Source: Mesotaenium endlicherianum (Eukaryota). From it: a DNA stretch of 64,000 nucleotides. Of this stretch, positions 1 through 11,566 are shown one piece after another; the stretch's first letter is position 1; each line of letters opens with the position of its first letter. The notes below the pieces were generated by a model that was not told the origin of the DNA, did not search any database, and saw only the letters and a list, made by a program, of their open reading frames with translations. The stretch is from the NCBI GenBank assembly GCA_009602735.1, contig WELA01001056.1:196843-260842 (forward strand), read 5' to 3'. Position numbers and translations under genes: made by a program.

Positions 1-2254
1 AGTCAGGTCTTCTAGAGAGTGCATCAGCAGGATTCAACTTCCCTGGTTTGTAGTCGATCTGGACTTGGAACTGCTCCAGCATCTGGCTCCAGCGGTTCTC
101 CCTCCTCGACAGCTTGGACTTCTTCTGAAAGTGGGTCAGAGCTAGATGATCTGTAATCACCTTAAAAGCTTTACCATGTAAGTATGCTCTCCACTGTTTG
201 AGTACATGAATGATAGCTAGCAGCTCTTTATCATGCACTGAGTAATTAATCTCCGCTGGATTAAATTTCATAGACTCATACAACACAGGATGCCACTCCT
301 GCCGTACCTTACCATCCTTTGTGGTTTTGTCAGCAGGCTGCAACAAAATAGCACCCATGGCAAAATCAGAGGCATCAGTAACCACCTGCACCGGTTTGCT
401 GGGGTCATACACGGCTAGCACTGGGGCAGAACAAAGGGCATCTTTAAGGGTCTGGAAGGCAGCCTGCTGCTCTTCCCCCCACACATACCCGATGTCTTTC
501 TTAGTAAGGTCAGTCAGTTTACTGGCCTTTGTGGAATAATTCTCAATAAATCTCCTATAGTAGTTAGCCAACCCGAGGAAGGATCTAACTTCAGAGACAG
601 ACTGTGGTACTGGCCAGTCCCTTATGGTCTGGACTTTCTTAGGATCCACACTGATGCCCTCTTTACTGACAACGTGGCCTAAGAATTCAATACTTTCCTT
701 AAAGAAATCACACTTGCTCATTTTAGCATACAAGTGATTTTTCCGCAGAGTGTCCAGCACTTTCTTTAAGTGTTCAGTGTGCTGAGCTTCATCTTTAGAG
801 AAAATTAAAATATCATCCAGGAAAACTTGCACAAACTTATCCAAATAAGGTCTGAAAATGTCATTCATAGCACCCATAAAGGTAGCAGGAGCATTAGTCA
901 GTCCAAATGGCATCACGTTGAACTCATAGTGTCCATAACGTGTGCGGAAAGCAGTCTTGTGTTCATCCCCCTCAGCAATTCTGATTTGATGATAACCACT
1001 CTTGAGATCTATCTTACTGAACACCTTAGCGCCAGACAGGGTATCAAGCAAGTCCTCGATTCTGGGTAAAGCATACTTGTTCTTTACTGTAATTCTGTTC
1101 AGGGCTCTGTAATCCACACACATCCGCATACTGCCATCCTTTTTCTTAACAAATAGGATAGGTGCGCCGTACGGTGATTTACTGGGAGAAATGTAACCAT
1201 TTTCCTCCAGCTCTGCAATCTGTGTTTTCAACTCCTCACTCTCCAAATAAGACAAGCCATACGTGCGTTGCCAGGGTGGCTGGCTACCAGGTAATAAATC
1301 AATCCTATGATCTACTTCCCGCTTAGGGGGTAGTCCTGGAGGCATATTAAACACATCCGTGTACTGAGCAACAATGTTTGCAGCAGTAGGGTGTTCCGGA
1401 GGGTGTACCTTTTTCTCAACCACTTCTTCAGGTTGAGGAGGTACCTCTCTTAGCAGCAGACAGAACATTCTGTCTTCCTTCTGGTTCCAGCTTTTGACGA
1501 ACTCCATTGCATTCAGCAACTTGCATCCTTCTGGAAGCCTCTTCTTTTCCTTCATTTGCCATCCACACAGGACAAGAGGAAGAGCACTGGTGGGTGCCAA
1601 GTCAGTCTGCCCATCACTGGCTCCTCTCACTTTAACTGTACCTCTGCTCCAACACACTTCAGCTTGATGTCTATTAAGCCAGGACCTGCCTAGCACGAGA
1701 TCATAAAAGCCAGTGTTGAGTACCTCAAATGTAAGCGTTTCAGTTAGAACTGCAATGCCAGAACCTAACTGGACCTCAATAGGCTTGGTTATAACTCCTC
1801 CCGGGATACTTGAGGCATCTCCAAGGAATATTTTTCTATTCCCTTGGGTGACAGTAGGCAGCCTTAGCCGCTTAACTAAGTCCTTGTGAATAAAAGTATG
1901 TGACGCCCCTCCGTCAACAAATGCCCTCACCTTCCTACCTGCAATCATGCAATGCAGTAGGATAGGGGGGACTGTCTTTTCCTGACTTTCGCATTGTTCT
2001 CCTGACGTAGCAAAGAAATGTTGGACATCAGGTGGAACAAGAGCATCCAGAGTGTGCACTCTCTGGACGTCTATATTACTGATGGTCTCCTTTATCTGTT
2101 TGTCAGGCATGCATAGTGAATCCAGTTCAGCAGGACCCATAATACCTGCTACGAGGGCAGCTAGTGACGACTCACTATCTCTAGCATCCTCACAGTCAGT
2201 AGACTGGATTACTGACTGTTGCTGTCTTTTAAAGGCTGGTCTTTTCTCTCGACC
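1..2254 (-). CDS. pol: A1 Pol (protease, RT, RNase H), partial, in the -1 frame relative to gag
   Basis: FVDGGASH protease motif near 1915 and FLDD RT motif near 817 are in the same frame; frame opens after the TAA at 2257-2255. Confidence 0.92.
2192..2233 (-). promoter_or_regulatory. -1 ribosomal frameshift signal (U UUA AAA, 7-nt spacer, 10-bp hairpin)
   Basis: In-phase heptamer 2233-2227; stem ACAGTCAGTA/TACTGACTGT 2219-2192; lies within the 45-nt gag/pol overlap; conserved in A3 (32860-32866). Confidence 0.85.
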
Positions 2255-3687
2255 TTAGGCAGGTGCTTGACCGGACACTGTTCTCTGTAGTGGCCTTTCT
2301 GCTGACAATGGTAGCAAGTAGATTTTGCTGAGGCTGGTCTCGGCTTAGTCCTACCACCACCCCTTCCATAGCCACCTCGAGAGGGACCACCTCTACCTCT
2401 AGACTGAATAGCATTGTACTCATACTCATATTCATCACCCTGATTATCCTCAGCCTGGTCTCCTTCAACTGCATTGTAGGAACCGTGGGGCTTTTTGACA
2501 ATCTTAGACACCAAAGCGTTACTCTGGCGCTTGTGATTGAACTGCTGCTGATCCCAGGCGTCAGCATCCTGGATCAAGTCAGCCAGTTTCTCATACTTTT
2601 TCTCAGCAAAATGACCAGAGACCTCGGATTTCAAGCCATACCTGAAGTATGCTATCCTATACCGTTCTGGCAAATCAGGCTGCTTCATCATGTTCTCTTG
2701 GAACTTTTGAGCAAACTCAGCAACTGAAGTGGTCTGCTTCAGTGTCAGGGAGATCATCGCATAGATAGCTTTCTCCTGCTGGTTGATGACATCAAACTTC
2801 TCATGCAACTTCTCGACAAACTCTACCCACGTAGGGTCACCGAGTTGCCGAGCCTTACGCTCTTCCTTCCAGTAAAGCCACCAGTCTGCGGCACTGCCTT
2901 TCAGTAGCGCACCGGTGTGCCTGACCTTCTCGTAATCTTGCAGTTCTGGGTAGTTCTCCAGCCACTGCTCAACATCCGCGAGAAACTTGATCAGGTAATA
3001 TTTTCTGTTTCCCTCAGGATCATAGTCCTGGGGAGGTTTCGGCTTGGGCTTACTAGGCCCTCGGCCACCACCACTAGTGGTGTGAGACCCCAGTTGGTCT
3101 CTGTCCCGGAGTAGGGACATTATGATTCTTTTGTCCTCCTGCTGGGACTGATACATGGTCGCCATTTGCGACTGCATCTGAACGAACAATGCTCCCAAGT
3201 CTACATTTTGGGGTGGTAGATTAGCAAATGCAGCAGCAGCATTGGCATCTACTCGCTGAGTAGTGTCCTCAACAATCCCTCTTGCTCCTGCAGCAGCAAT
3301 TCCTGCCGCATTCAGCCGGTCACGTATTTGACCTAGGGGTACATTGAGTTGTACGGCAGGAGGTGGGTTCAGAACATTGGCCCTTGATGCCATAAGTTCT
3401 TCAACAGTGCGCTCGTCAGCTGGCTGTCCTTCCCTCCTTTGTATATCTTCAGCGGCCTTTGCTACTTGTTCAGCTTCTAGTCTGGCTATCTCCTCCTCAG
3501 CTTGCTGAGCTGCGACTGAGGCAATAGCAGCTGCCTCATCTGCAGCCTCCCTAGCTGCAGTATCCGCTACTGCTTCCGAATAGGTACGGTTTCCCGCTAC
3601 ATGGCTTTCCGCCTGGTTTTCGACATTCTCGTTATCCTGGTTCTCCATGTCTCGGGAGTTGCTAGTTTGAGACCTTGTCCTTACCAT
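2209..3687 (-). CDS. gag: A1 Gag, 492 aa (capsid-like region, RGG tract, CCHC zinc knuckle)
   Basis: [14 protein letters not shown] motif, [14 protein letters not shown] knuckle, starts just after the PBS. Confidence 0.93.
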   Translation of the reverse strand: MVRTRSQTSNSRDMENQDNENVENQAESHVAGNRTYSEAVADTAAREAADEAAAIASVAAQQAEEEIARLEAEQVAKAAEDIQRREGQPADERTVEELMASRANVLNPPPAVQLNVPLGQIRDRLNAAGIAAAGARGIVEDTTQRVDANAAAAFANLPPQNVDLGALFVQMQSQMATMYQSQQEDKRIIMSLLRDRDQLGSHTTSGGGRGPSKPKPKPPQDYDPEGNRKYYLIKFLADVEQWLENYPELQDYEKVRHTGALLKGSAADWWLYWKEERKARQLGDPTWVEFVEKLHEKFDVINQQEKAIYAMISLTLKQTTSVAEFAQKFQENMMKQPDLPERYRIAYFRYGLKSEVSGHFAEKKYEKLADLIQDADAWDQQQFNHKRQSNALVSKIVKKPHGSYNAVEGDQAEDNQGDEYEYEYNAIQSRGRGGPSRGGYGRGGGRTKPRPASAKSTCYHCQQKGHYREQCPVKHLPKVERKDQPLKDSNSQ

Positions 3688-3708
3688 ACAAAGAAGACTG
3701 TGATAACT

Positions 3709-3720
3709 GCTCCGATACCA
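3709..3720 (-). other. Primer binding site (initiator tRNA-Met type), TGGTATCGGAGC
   Basis: 1 nt from the LTR end; same motif at 11554-11565, 23796-23807, 36321-36332, 43085-43096 and (1 mismatch) 34342-34353. Confidence 0.9.
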
Positions 3721-3721
3721 C

Positions 3722-4441
3722 TGAAATGAATCGACTTACCAAATAGGCGATTAACAATTAATAAAGATCTTTATATCAGCAAGTAATCTTGATGGTAATT
3801 TCCGTTAACTGGTTAAACGGCAAAGGACAATACACTAGCAGTGAATAATACTCGTAAGTCAAATGCGAGTAAACTAGCATCAATAATGCAAATCAGTAAA
3901 CTCATACATAAGCAAGGTTAGAAGACAGTGCGTATCAATGGCTTCTCGCCTTGGATTCAGATCTCTCTCAGTAAGCTGTACAAGAGAGTTGGCCTCGTTT
4001 CCGAATGCCGAACTCGAGAGCAATGCCTAGCATATGTACATGGAATGAGTTTACTGTTCAACGGTCAGTGCGATGGCACCGCCTACCCGGGAGTTAACCA
4101 CGTTGGTAGGACCTCGGTTAACCAAATCCACCGCCATCTCCCATCATCCCGAATAGCCATCCATCATAGGGATGTCATCTGGCTATTCATCTAGCATATC
4201 GCACTTAGATGCATATCAAGGCAGTTCGCTGCTACCGAGTACGGAAGTCAGCTGGCTGTCAAAGAATGGGTCAGCAAGCTGACTTATATGGACTTCAGCC
4301 TGCTGCTTTCGGCTGAGTCATTAAACTGATAATTATGTAAAGTCCAGCAGACTGACTATTAACTAAAGTTCAGCAGGCTGAACTTAATTAACTATTATAT
4401 TTAAATGAATATTATATCCACTAATATACTGATTCATTACA
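3722..4441 (-). repeat. Family A LTR (720 bp) shared as 3' LTR of A2 and 5' LTR of A1
   Basis: TGTAATGAATC...GATTCATTTCA termini; PPT on one side and PBS on the other. Confidence 0.95.
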
Positions 4442-4477
4442 ATCCCTCCAACTTAACTTGTTGTCGCCTCGACAACA
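4442..4477 (-). other. Polypurine tract and upstream hairpin of A2
   Basis: TTAAGTTGGAGGGAT abuts the LTR; TGTTGTCG-AGG-CGACAACA stem-loop at 4459-4477. Confidence 0.85.
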
Positions 4478-4554
4478 TTAAACTGCAGAAATTTTAAATA
4501 AGGGAACTGAACCTGACCAGCCTCCCTTACTGACTGCCTCTTCAGCGTGTCACC

Positions 4555-6231
4555 TTAAGGGGTTGTTCCTGGGGCTTCAGGGTCAGGAGACGGAGATCTG
4601 GACCTAGATCTGGACAGCCCTCTAGGTCTGTCAGCTGGCCTTCTAAAGAACCCTGTTTGCTCTAAAGTTGGCCCTCGAGGAGAACGGAGGATGGTGGCCT
4701 GCTCTTCAACCACTTGGGTGTTGATTCCCACATAGACAGGCATTCCAGTAGGATGCTGAAATACATTGGCTAGAGGTACATGCCCCTGAGCGGAGGGGGA
4801 GGCTGGCATACCTCTGGCCCACCCGCGTGTCCCTCTTCTGGCACCCCTGTCCTCTGGGGATTTCTGTCTGTGTCTGCTGCCCAGTACCGTCAGATCAGCT
4901 TCTTCCCCTGCTTGGGCAGGTGGGCTGGGGGAGCGAGCGCGGGGTCCAGTTGTCGCCATAACGGGGATCACATTCCACACACCTGATCGTGGTTCTTTAG
5001 GAAGTGCCACTGCCTGTCCCTGGGTATCCTGAGTACCTGCTGCTGATGCTTCTCCTCTGCCTTGTTCTTCTTCCTCATCCTCCTCATCCTCCTCCTCGGA
5101 GAGAGTAGGGGTCTCGTCCACTAAGTCGTCCTGCTCCCTAGTAGACATGGAGTAGTCTACCGACCTCCCTTTCTTAGGGCGCGCTGGAGGTTGCTTGGCC
5201 TTCAGCCTACTGATATCTATCCGGCCTGCATTCTTTGCCCATTTGACAAAGGCATGCTTTCCCTTAGAGAAGTACTCTCTTCCCCTCCTCCTATGTTCCT
5301 TGGTCTCTGCATTCATATTGCTCAGGCATCCATTCAGCCTGGGGTCCCAAGGGGCAATGTGAGGTGGTAGGATGAGATAGCCGTCTAGGCCATAGTGGAA
5401 GTCATCCGGTTGGGCTCGGTCACACTCCTGCTTCTTATTTGTGACGGTCATCCACCTCCAGTCTGTTGGCTGCTGGTAGTACTGGGGTCCGTGCTCAGCC
5501 TTCCTCAGTTTACACGGGAACCAGTGGGGAGAGAACATCTGCTGTCCTGCTTCCCTGGCCAAGTACTCCCAGCTCCTTCTCTCAACTTCATTGTAAGCTG
5601 GCAGGAGTGTGAGGTAGAATACCGTATCCTTAAAGCTATCGGGCCGCATGCTCACCATCCGGATGAGTCTCTGATCTCCCACTATTCCCGGTATGGGGAC
5701 CGGCTTGTCCTCTGAATCATCTGCGAGATACCGGGCCTGCTCTGCTGTATAGCCCACCATCTTAGCATAATCTTCGTAAAGGACCACGCCGGTGTGTGTC
5801 TCGATGTACCTGTCCAGTGCTGTAGCTCCTTCCTTCTGTAGCAGTGTTGTCTGTTCCAGCCTGTTGATCTCCTGGGCTGCCAGCAATGCTTCCTTCAGGT
5901 TATCGAAGTTTTGGCCACCCACCACAGTATACCTGTAAGTGGCCAAGCTCTTCTGTCTGTCCGCTTCAATCTTTTTTCTTTTCTCCTCTTCTGCCGCTGC
6001 CGCTTCTTCTTGCTGTTTCTTCTGTCTCTCCTCCTCAGCCTTCCTGAGGTTTTCCGCTTCCTGATCCTTCTTCCTCTGTGCCTCTTCTGCCGCCTCTTGT
6101 TGCTTGCGGACCCTTTCTTGTTCTCTCCTGGTGAGGGACGTCGCCGCCAGCTCCTTCTGGTATTGCTCCATTGTCCTCCTGGCTTCTTCTGCCTTGCGCT
6201 TTCTGTCCTCCTTTTGTGTGGTGGGCGCCAT
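4555..6231 (-). CDS. Accessory ORF downstream of pol, ~558 aa, unknown function (coiled coil, globular core, acidic tract, RS/SP-rich tail)
   Basis: Long intact ORF between the pol stop and the PPT; diverged homologs at 27158-28700 and 15638-15960. Confidence 0.85.
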   Translation of the reverse strand: MAPTTQKEDRKRKAEEARRTMEQYQKELAATSLTRREQERVRKQQEAAEEAQRKKDQEAENLRKAEEERQKKQQEEAAAAEEEKRKKIEADRQKSLATYRYTVVGGQNFDNLKEALLAAQEINRLEQTTLLQKEGATALDRYIETHTGVVLYEDYAKMVGYTAEQARYLADDSEDKPVPIPGIVGDQRLIRMVSMRPDSFKDTVFYLTLLPAYNEVERRSWEYLAREAGQQMFSPHWFPCKLRKAEHGPQYYQQPTDWRWMTVTNKKQECDRAQPDDFHYGLDGYLILPPHIAPWDPRLNGCLSNMNAETKEHRRRGREYFSKGKHAFVKWAKNAGRIDISRLKAKQPPARPKKGRSVDYSMSTREQDDLVDETPTLSEEEDEEDEEEEQGRGEASAAGTQDTQGQAVALPKEPRSGVWNVIPVMATTGPRARSPSPPAQAGEEADLTVLGSRHRQKSPEDRGARRGTRGWARGMPASPSAQGHVPLANVFQHPTGMPVYVGINTQVVEEQATILRSPRGPTLEQTGFFRRPADRPRGLSRSRSRSPSPDPEAPGTTP

Positions 6232-6498
6232 CCTGCACATGTAACCAGGGCACAAGTTAGTAGGATATGGACCTTTGTCATAGGGATTGCAGGAAGTATG
6301 TTAGTATTTAGTATAGTGGCTTCGCTGCTGTTTACCTTACAGGATGATTGCTAAAAGTTGACGTAGTTGCGATGCGCTACACATAAACGTATGAGTGTGT
6401 TTTTATCGCTCTCGCTCACTAACTGTCATATATTTTCCCCTCCAACTTAAATGGAGACAGGACCGCCTGTCACCTTCCCGTGTCAACTGAAATGACAG

Positions 6499-9205
6499 TT
6501 ATGGAGGGACTCCAGCGGCCCGAAGGTGGAACCGTGTCAACGCCCCTTTGGCATTGGTCAAGTGGTCCTTAAACTCCCAAGTGTCCCCAGAGGCATCGTA
6601 ACCCTTCCATCGAATGAGGTATTTCATGACATATTTAGACGATCGACGGACCGAGCGAGCGTCTAAAATCTCATCGACCTCATATTCCTCAGGGTCGCCG
6701 TCCCGGACAGCGGGGACCGGTCCCGGTTGGACAGGGAACCGACCTGTGAACAGTGTATCACCTTTGATGTACGGTTCCAGGAAGGAGACATTAAAGACCG
6801 GGTGCCCCTTGTATTCAGCTGACATGTTCAGTTTGTAAGCATTCTGACCGACACGACGGACCACCGAATATGGACCGACCCAGACAGGGCCAAGCTTTTT
6901 CTTGACCACACCAGGGAGGTACAGGTGCTGAGAATGCAGTTTGACTAAATCCCCCTTGGAAAATGTCAGTTCCCGACGGTGTTGATTAGCGTATTTTTGT
7001 TGGTTTTCTTGGGCCGTGTGCAAGTTTCGTTGGACTTCTGACAGGGTGTCAGCAAACTCCTGAGTTAACTGGAGGGAGACCGGGTTGTCAATCCCTTCAG
7101 GGTGAGTTAAAGATTCCCCTAGCACATCTAGAGGAGACTTAGGGACTCTACCCAGGCTGAGTTCAAAAGGAGTTTTGCCCGTTGACGCGTGCACCGCACT
7201 GTTGACCGCAAACTGAATTTGAGGCAACAGGTCATCCCAATTATCTTGTTTTTGGTTAATATATGCTCTCAGCACCTCCTGCAGAACTCGGTTAGTTCTT
7301 TCAGTCTGCCCATCAGTCTGAGGGTGGTTTGCTGTGCTGAGCAGCTGTTTGACTCCCATTAACCCCATTAAAGCTCTCCAGAACTTAGAGGTGAATTTTG
7401 AGTCTCTGTCTGAGATGATATTAGAAGGGAGCCCATGTTGGCATACTACATGGTTGTAAAACTGTCTCGCTGTTTCGAGTGCAGTCACTTTGACAGTTGT
7501 GGGGATAAAAATGACCATTTTTGTCAGTTTATCCACGACTACCAGTATTGAATCATGCCCGTTGGCAGTTCTTGGTAGTGAGACCACCCAGTCCATGGAT
7601 ATAGTTTCCCAGCGTCCCGCTGGGATGGGTAGCGGTTGCAAGAGACCTCCGGGTGGTGTGTGCCGAGACTTATTTCTCTGACACTGGTCACAGGACTTGA
7701 CATATTTCAAGACCTCCCGGGGTAACCCCTCCCAATGATAATGTTTTGCCAGTTTGCCAACAGTTTTGGCCTGCCCCAAATGTCCACCCAGGAGACTGTC
7801 ATGAGCTTGACTCAGTAAGAGAGACCTTATTTCCAAGTTATTAGGAATGACCAGCTTCAGCCTGCCTGAAGTGGTTTCAGTCACCCAGACCCCTCCCTTG
7901 AGCTTATACCCGAGTGCAGTAGCACGACACACACCAGTAGTGGGGCTGGGCTCAAATGTTGGGTCAGAAAGGTAGGCTTTCCTAAGTTGTTCAAGGAAGG
8001 ACTTTTTCACCTTTAGTGAAGTGAGTGCACACAGGACTTTATCTACAGCATGCTGACTAAAGTTCCTTTCTTGCAAGTCAGGTCTTCTAGAGAGTGCATC
8101 AGCAGGATTCAACTTCCCTGGTTTGTAGTCGATCTGGACTTGGAACTGCTCCAGCATCTGGCTCCAGCGGTTCTCCCTCCTCGACAGCTTGGACTTCTTC
8201 TGAAAGTGGGTCAGAGCTAGATGATCTGTAATCACCTTAAAAGCTTTACCATGTAAGTATGCTCTCCACTGTTTGAGTACATGAATGATAGCTAGCAGCT
8301 CTTTATCATGCACTGAGTAATTAATCTCCGCTGGATTAAATTTCATAGACTCATACAACACAGGATGCCACTCCTGCCGTACCTTACCATCCTTTGTGGT
8401 TTTGTCAGCAGGCTGCAACAAAATAGCACCCATGGCAAAATCAGAGGCATCAGTAACCACCTGCACCGGTTTGCTGGGGTCATACACGGCTAGCACTGGG
8501 GCAGAACAAAGGGCATCTTTAAGGGTCTGGAAGGCAGCCTGCTGCTCTTCCCCCCACACATACCCGATGTCTTTCTTAGTAAGGTCAGTCAGTTTACTGG
8601 CCTTTGTGGAATAATTCTCAATAAATCTCCTATAGTAGTTAGCCAACCCGAGGAAGGATCTAACTTCAGAGACAGACTGTGGTACTGGCCAGTCCCTTAT
8701 GGTCTGGACTTTCTTAGGATCCACACTGATGCCCTCTTTACTGACAACGTGGCCTAAGAATTCAATACTTTCCTTAAAGAAATCACACTTGCTCATCTTA
8801 GCATACAAGTGATTTTTCCGCAGAGTGTCCAGCACTTTCTTTAAGTGTTCAGTGTGCTGAGCTTCATCTTTAGAGAAAATTAAAATATCATCCAGGAAAA
8901 CTTGCACAAACTTATCCAAATAAGGTCTGAAAATGTCATTCATAGCACCCATAAAGGTAGCAGGAGCATTAGTCAGTCCAAATGGCATCACGTTGAACTC
9001 ATAGTGTCCATAACGTGTGCGAAATGCAGTCTTGTGTTCATCCCCCTCAGCAATTCTGATTTGATGATAACCACTCTTGAGATCTATCTTACTGAACACC
9101 TGAGCGCCAGACAAGGTATCAAGCAAGTCCTCAATTTTGGGTAAAGCATACTTGTTCTTTACTGTAATTCTGTTCAGGGCTCTGTAATCCACACACATCC
9201 GCATA
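6499..9205 (-). CDS. pol: A2 Pol (RT, RNase H, integrase, chromodomain); 5' part lies in the gap
   Basis: [23 protein letters not shown] zinc finger, ISMDW/SDRD/TERTNR catalytic triad, [12 protein letters not shown]...YLIRWKGY. Confidence 0.95.
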
Positions 9206-10144
9206 NNNNNNNNNNNNNNNNNNNNNNNNNNNNNNNNNNNNNNNNNNNNNNNNNNNNNNNNNNNNNNNNNNNNNNNNNNNNNNNNNNNNNNNNNNNNNNN
9301 NNNNNNNNNNNNNNNNNNNNNNNNNNNNNNNNNNNNNNNNNNNNNNNNNNNNNNNNNNNNNNNNNNNNNNNNNNNNNNNNNNNNNNNNNNNNNNNNNNNN
9401 NNNNNNNNNNNNNNNNNNNNNNNNNNNNNNNNNNNNNNNNNNNNNNNNNNNNNNNNNNNNNNNNNNNNNNNNNNNNNNNNNNNNNNNNNNNNNNNNNNNN
9501 NNNNNNNNNNNNNNNNNNNNNNNNNNNNNNNNNNNNNNNNNNNNNNNNNNNNNNNNNNNNNNNNNNNNNNNNNNNNNNNNNNNNNNNNNNNNNNNNNNNN
9601 NNNNNNNNNNNNNNNNNNNNNNNNNNNNNNNNNNNNNNNNNNNNNNNNNNNNNNNNNNNNNNNNNNNNNNNNNNNNNNNNNNNNNNNNNNNNNNNNNNNN
9701 NNNNNNNNNNNNNNNNNNNNNNNNNNNNNNNNNNNNNNNNNNNNNNNNNNNNNNNNNNNNNNNNNNNNNNNNNNNNNNNNNNNNNNNNNNNNNNNNNNNN
9801 NNNNNNNNNNNNNNNNNNNNNNNNNNNNNNNNNNNNNNNNNNNNNNNNNNNNNNNNNNNNNNNNNNNNNNNNNNNNNNNNNNNNNNNNNNNNNNNNNNNN
9901 NNNNNNNNNNNNNNNNNNNNNNNNNNNNNNNNNNNNNNNNNNNNNNNNNNNNNNNNNNNNNNNNNNNNNNNNNNNNNNNNNNNNNNNNNNNNNNNNNNNN
10001 NNNNNNNNNNNNNNNNNNNNNNNNNNNNNNNNNNNNNNNNNNNNNNNNNNNNNNNNNNNNNNNNNNNNNNNNNNNNNNNNNNNNNNNNNNNNNNNNNNNN
10101 NNNNNNNNNNNNNNNNNNNNNNNNNNNNNNNNNNNNNNNNNNNN

Positions 10145-11532
10145 TGCTGACAATGGTAACAAGTAGATTTTGCTGAGGCTGGGCTCGGCTTAGTCCTACC
10201 ACCACCCCTTCCATAGCCATCTCGAGAGTGACCACCTCTACCTCTAGACTGAATAGCATTGTACTCATACTCATATTCATCACCCTGATTATCCTCAGCC
10301 TGGTCTCCTTCAACTGCATTGTAGGAACCGTGGGGCTTTTTGACAATCTTAGACACCAAAGCGTTACTCTGGCGCTTGTGATTGAACTGCTGCTGATCCC
10401 AGGCGTCAGCATCCTGGATCAAGTCAGCCAGTTTCTCATACTTTTTCTCAGCAAAATGACCAGAGACCTCGGATTTCAAGCCATACCTGAAGTATGCTAT
10501 CCTATACCGTTCTGGCAAATCAGGCTGCTTCATCATGTTCTCTTGGAACTTTTGAGCAAACTCAGCAACTGAAGTGGTCTGCTTCAGTGTCAGGGAGATC
10601 ATCGCATAGATAGCTTTCTCCTGCTGGTTGATGACATCAAACTTCTCATGCAACTTCTCGACAAACTCTACCCACGTAGGGTCACCGAGTTGCCGAGCCT
10701 TACGCTCTTCCTTCCAGTAAAGCCACCAGTCTGCGGCACTGCCTTTCAGTAGCGCACCGGTGTGCCTGACCTTCTCGTAATCTTGCAGTTCTGGGTAGTT
10801 CTCCAGCCACTGCTCAACATCCGCGAGAAACTTGATCAGGTAATATTTTCTGTTTCCCTCAGGATCATAGTCCTGGGGAGGTTTCGGCTTGGGCTTACTA
10901 GGCCCTCGGCCACCACCACTAGTGGTGTGAGACCCCAGTTGGTCTCTGTCCCGGAGTAGGGACATTATGATTCTTTTGTCCTCCTGCTGGGACTGATACA
11001 TGGTCGCCATTTGCGACTGCATCTGAACGAACAATGCTCCCAAGTCTACATTTTGGGGTGGTAGATTAGCAAATGCAGCAGCAGCATTGGCATCTACTCG
11101 CTGAGTAGTGTCCTCAACAATCCCTCTTGCTCCTGCAGCAGCAATTCCTGCCGCATTCAGCCGGTCACGTATTTGACCTAGGGGTACATTGAGTTGTACG
11201 GCAGGAGGTGGGTTCAGAACATTGGCCCTTGATGCCATAAGTTCTTCAACAGTGCGCTCGTCAGCTGGCTGTCCTTCCCTCCTTTGTATATCTTCAGCGG
11301 CCTTTGCTACTTGTTCAGCTTCTAGTCTGGCTATCTCCTCCTCAGCTTGCTGAGCTGCGACTGAGGCAATAGCAGCTGCCTCATCTGCTGCCTCCCTAGC
11401 TGCAGTATCCGCTACTGCTTCCGAATAGGTACGGTTTCCCGCTACATGGCTTTCCGCCTGGTTTTCGACATTCTCGTTATCCTGGTTCTCCATGTCTCGG
11501 GAGTTGCTAGTTTGAGACCTTGTCCTTACCAT
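10145..11532 (-). CDS. gag: A2 Gag (3' end in the gap)
   Basis: Near-identical to A1 Gag. Confidence 0.93.
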
Positions 11533-11566
11533 ACAAAGAAGACTGTGATAACTGCTCCGATACCAC

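Larger units (their letters stand above)
1..4441 (-). mobile_element. Ty3/Gypsy LTR retrotransposon family A, copy A1 (3' part runs off the window)
   Basis: LTR 3722-4441, PBS 3709-3720, gag and pol near-identical to copy A2. Confidence 0.95.

Noticed and set aside
3928..4194. 88-aa ORF recurring in A LTRs
   Set aside because: Non-ATG start, antisense, recurs only because the LTR recurs, and is not called in the A3 LTRs
4221..4385. CRISPR-like array
   Set aside because: Repeats and spacers only about 12 bp, degenerate, inside a eukaryotic LTR, no cas genes
4555..6231. env gene
   Set aside because: No signal peptide or transmembrane helix; highly charged protein
6499..11532. Single 1677-aa fused Gag-Pol ORF in the track
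   Set aside because: Artefact of the 939-N gap; A1 has 1169 nt there, with a gag stop and a -1 shift
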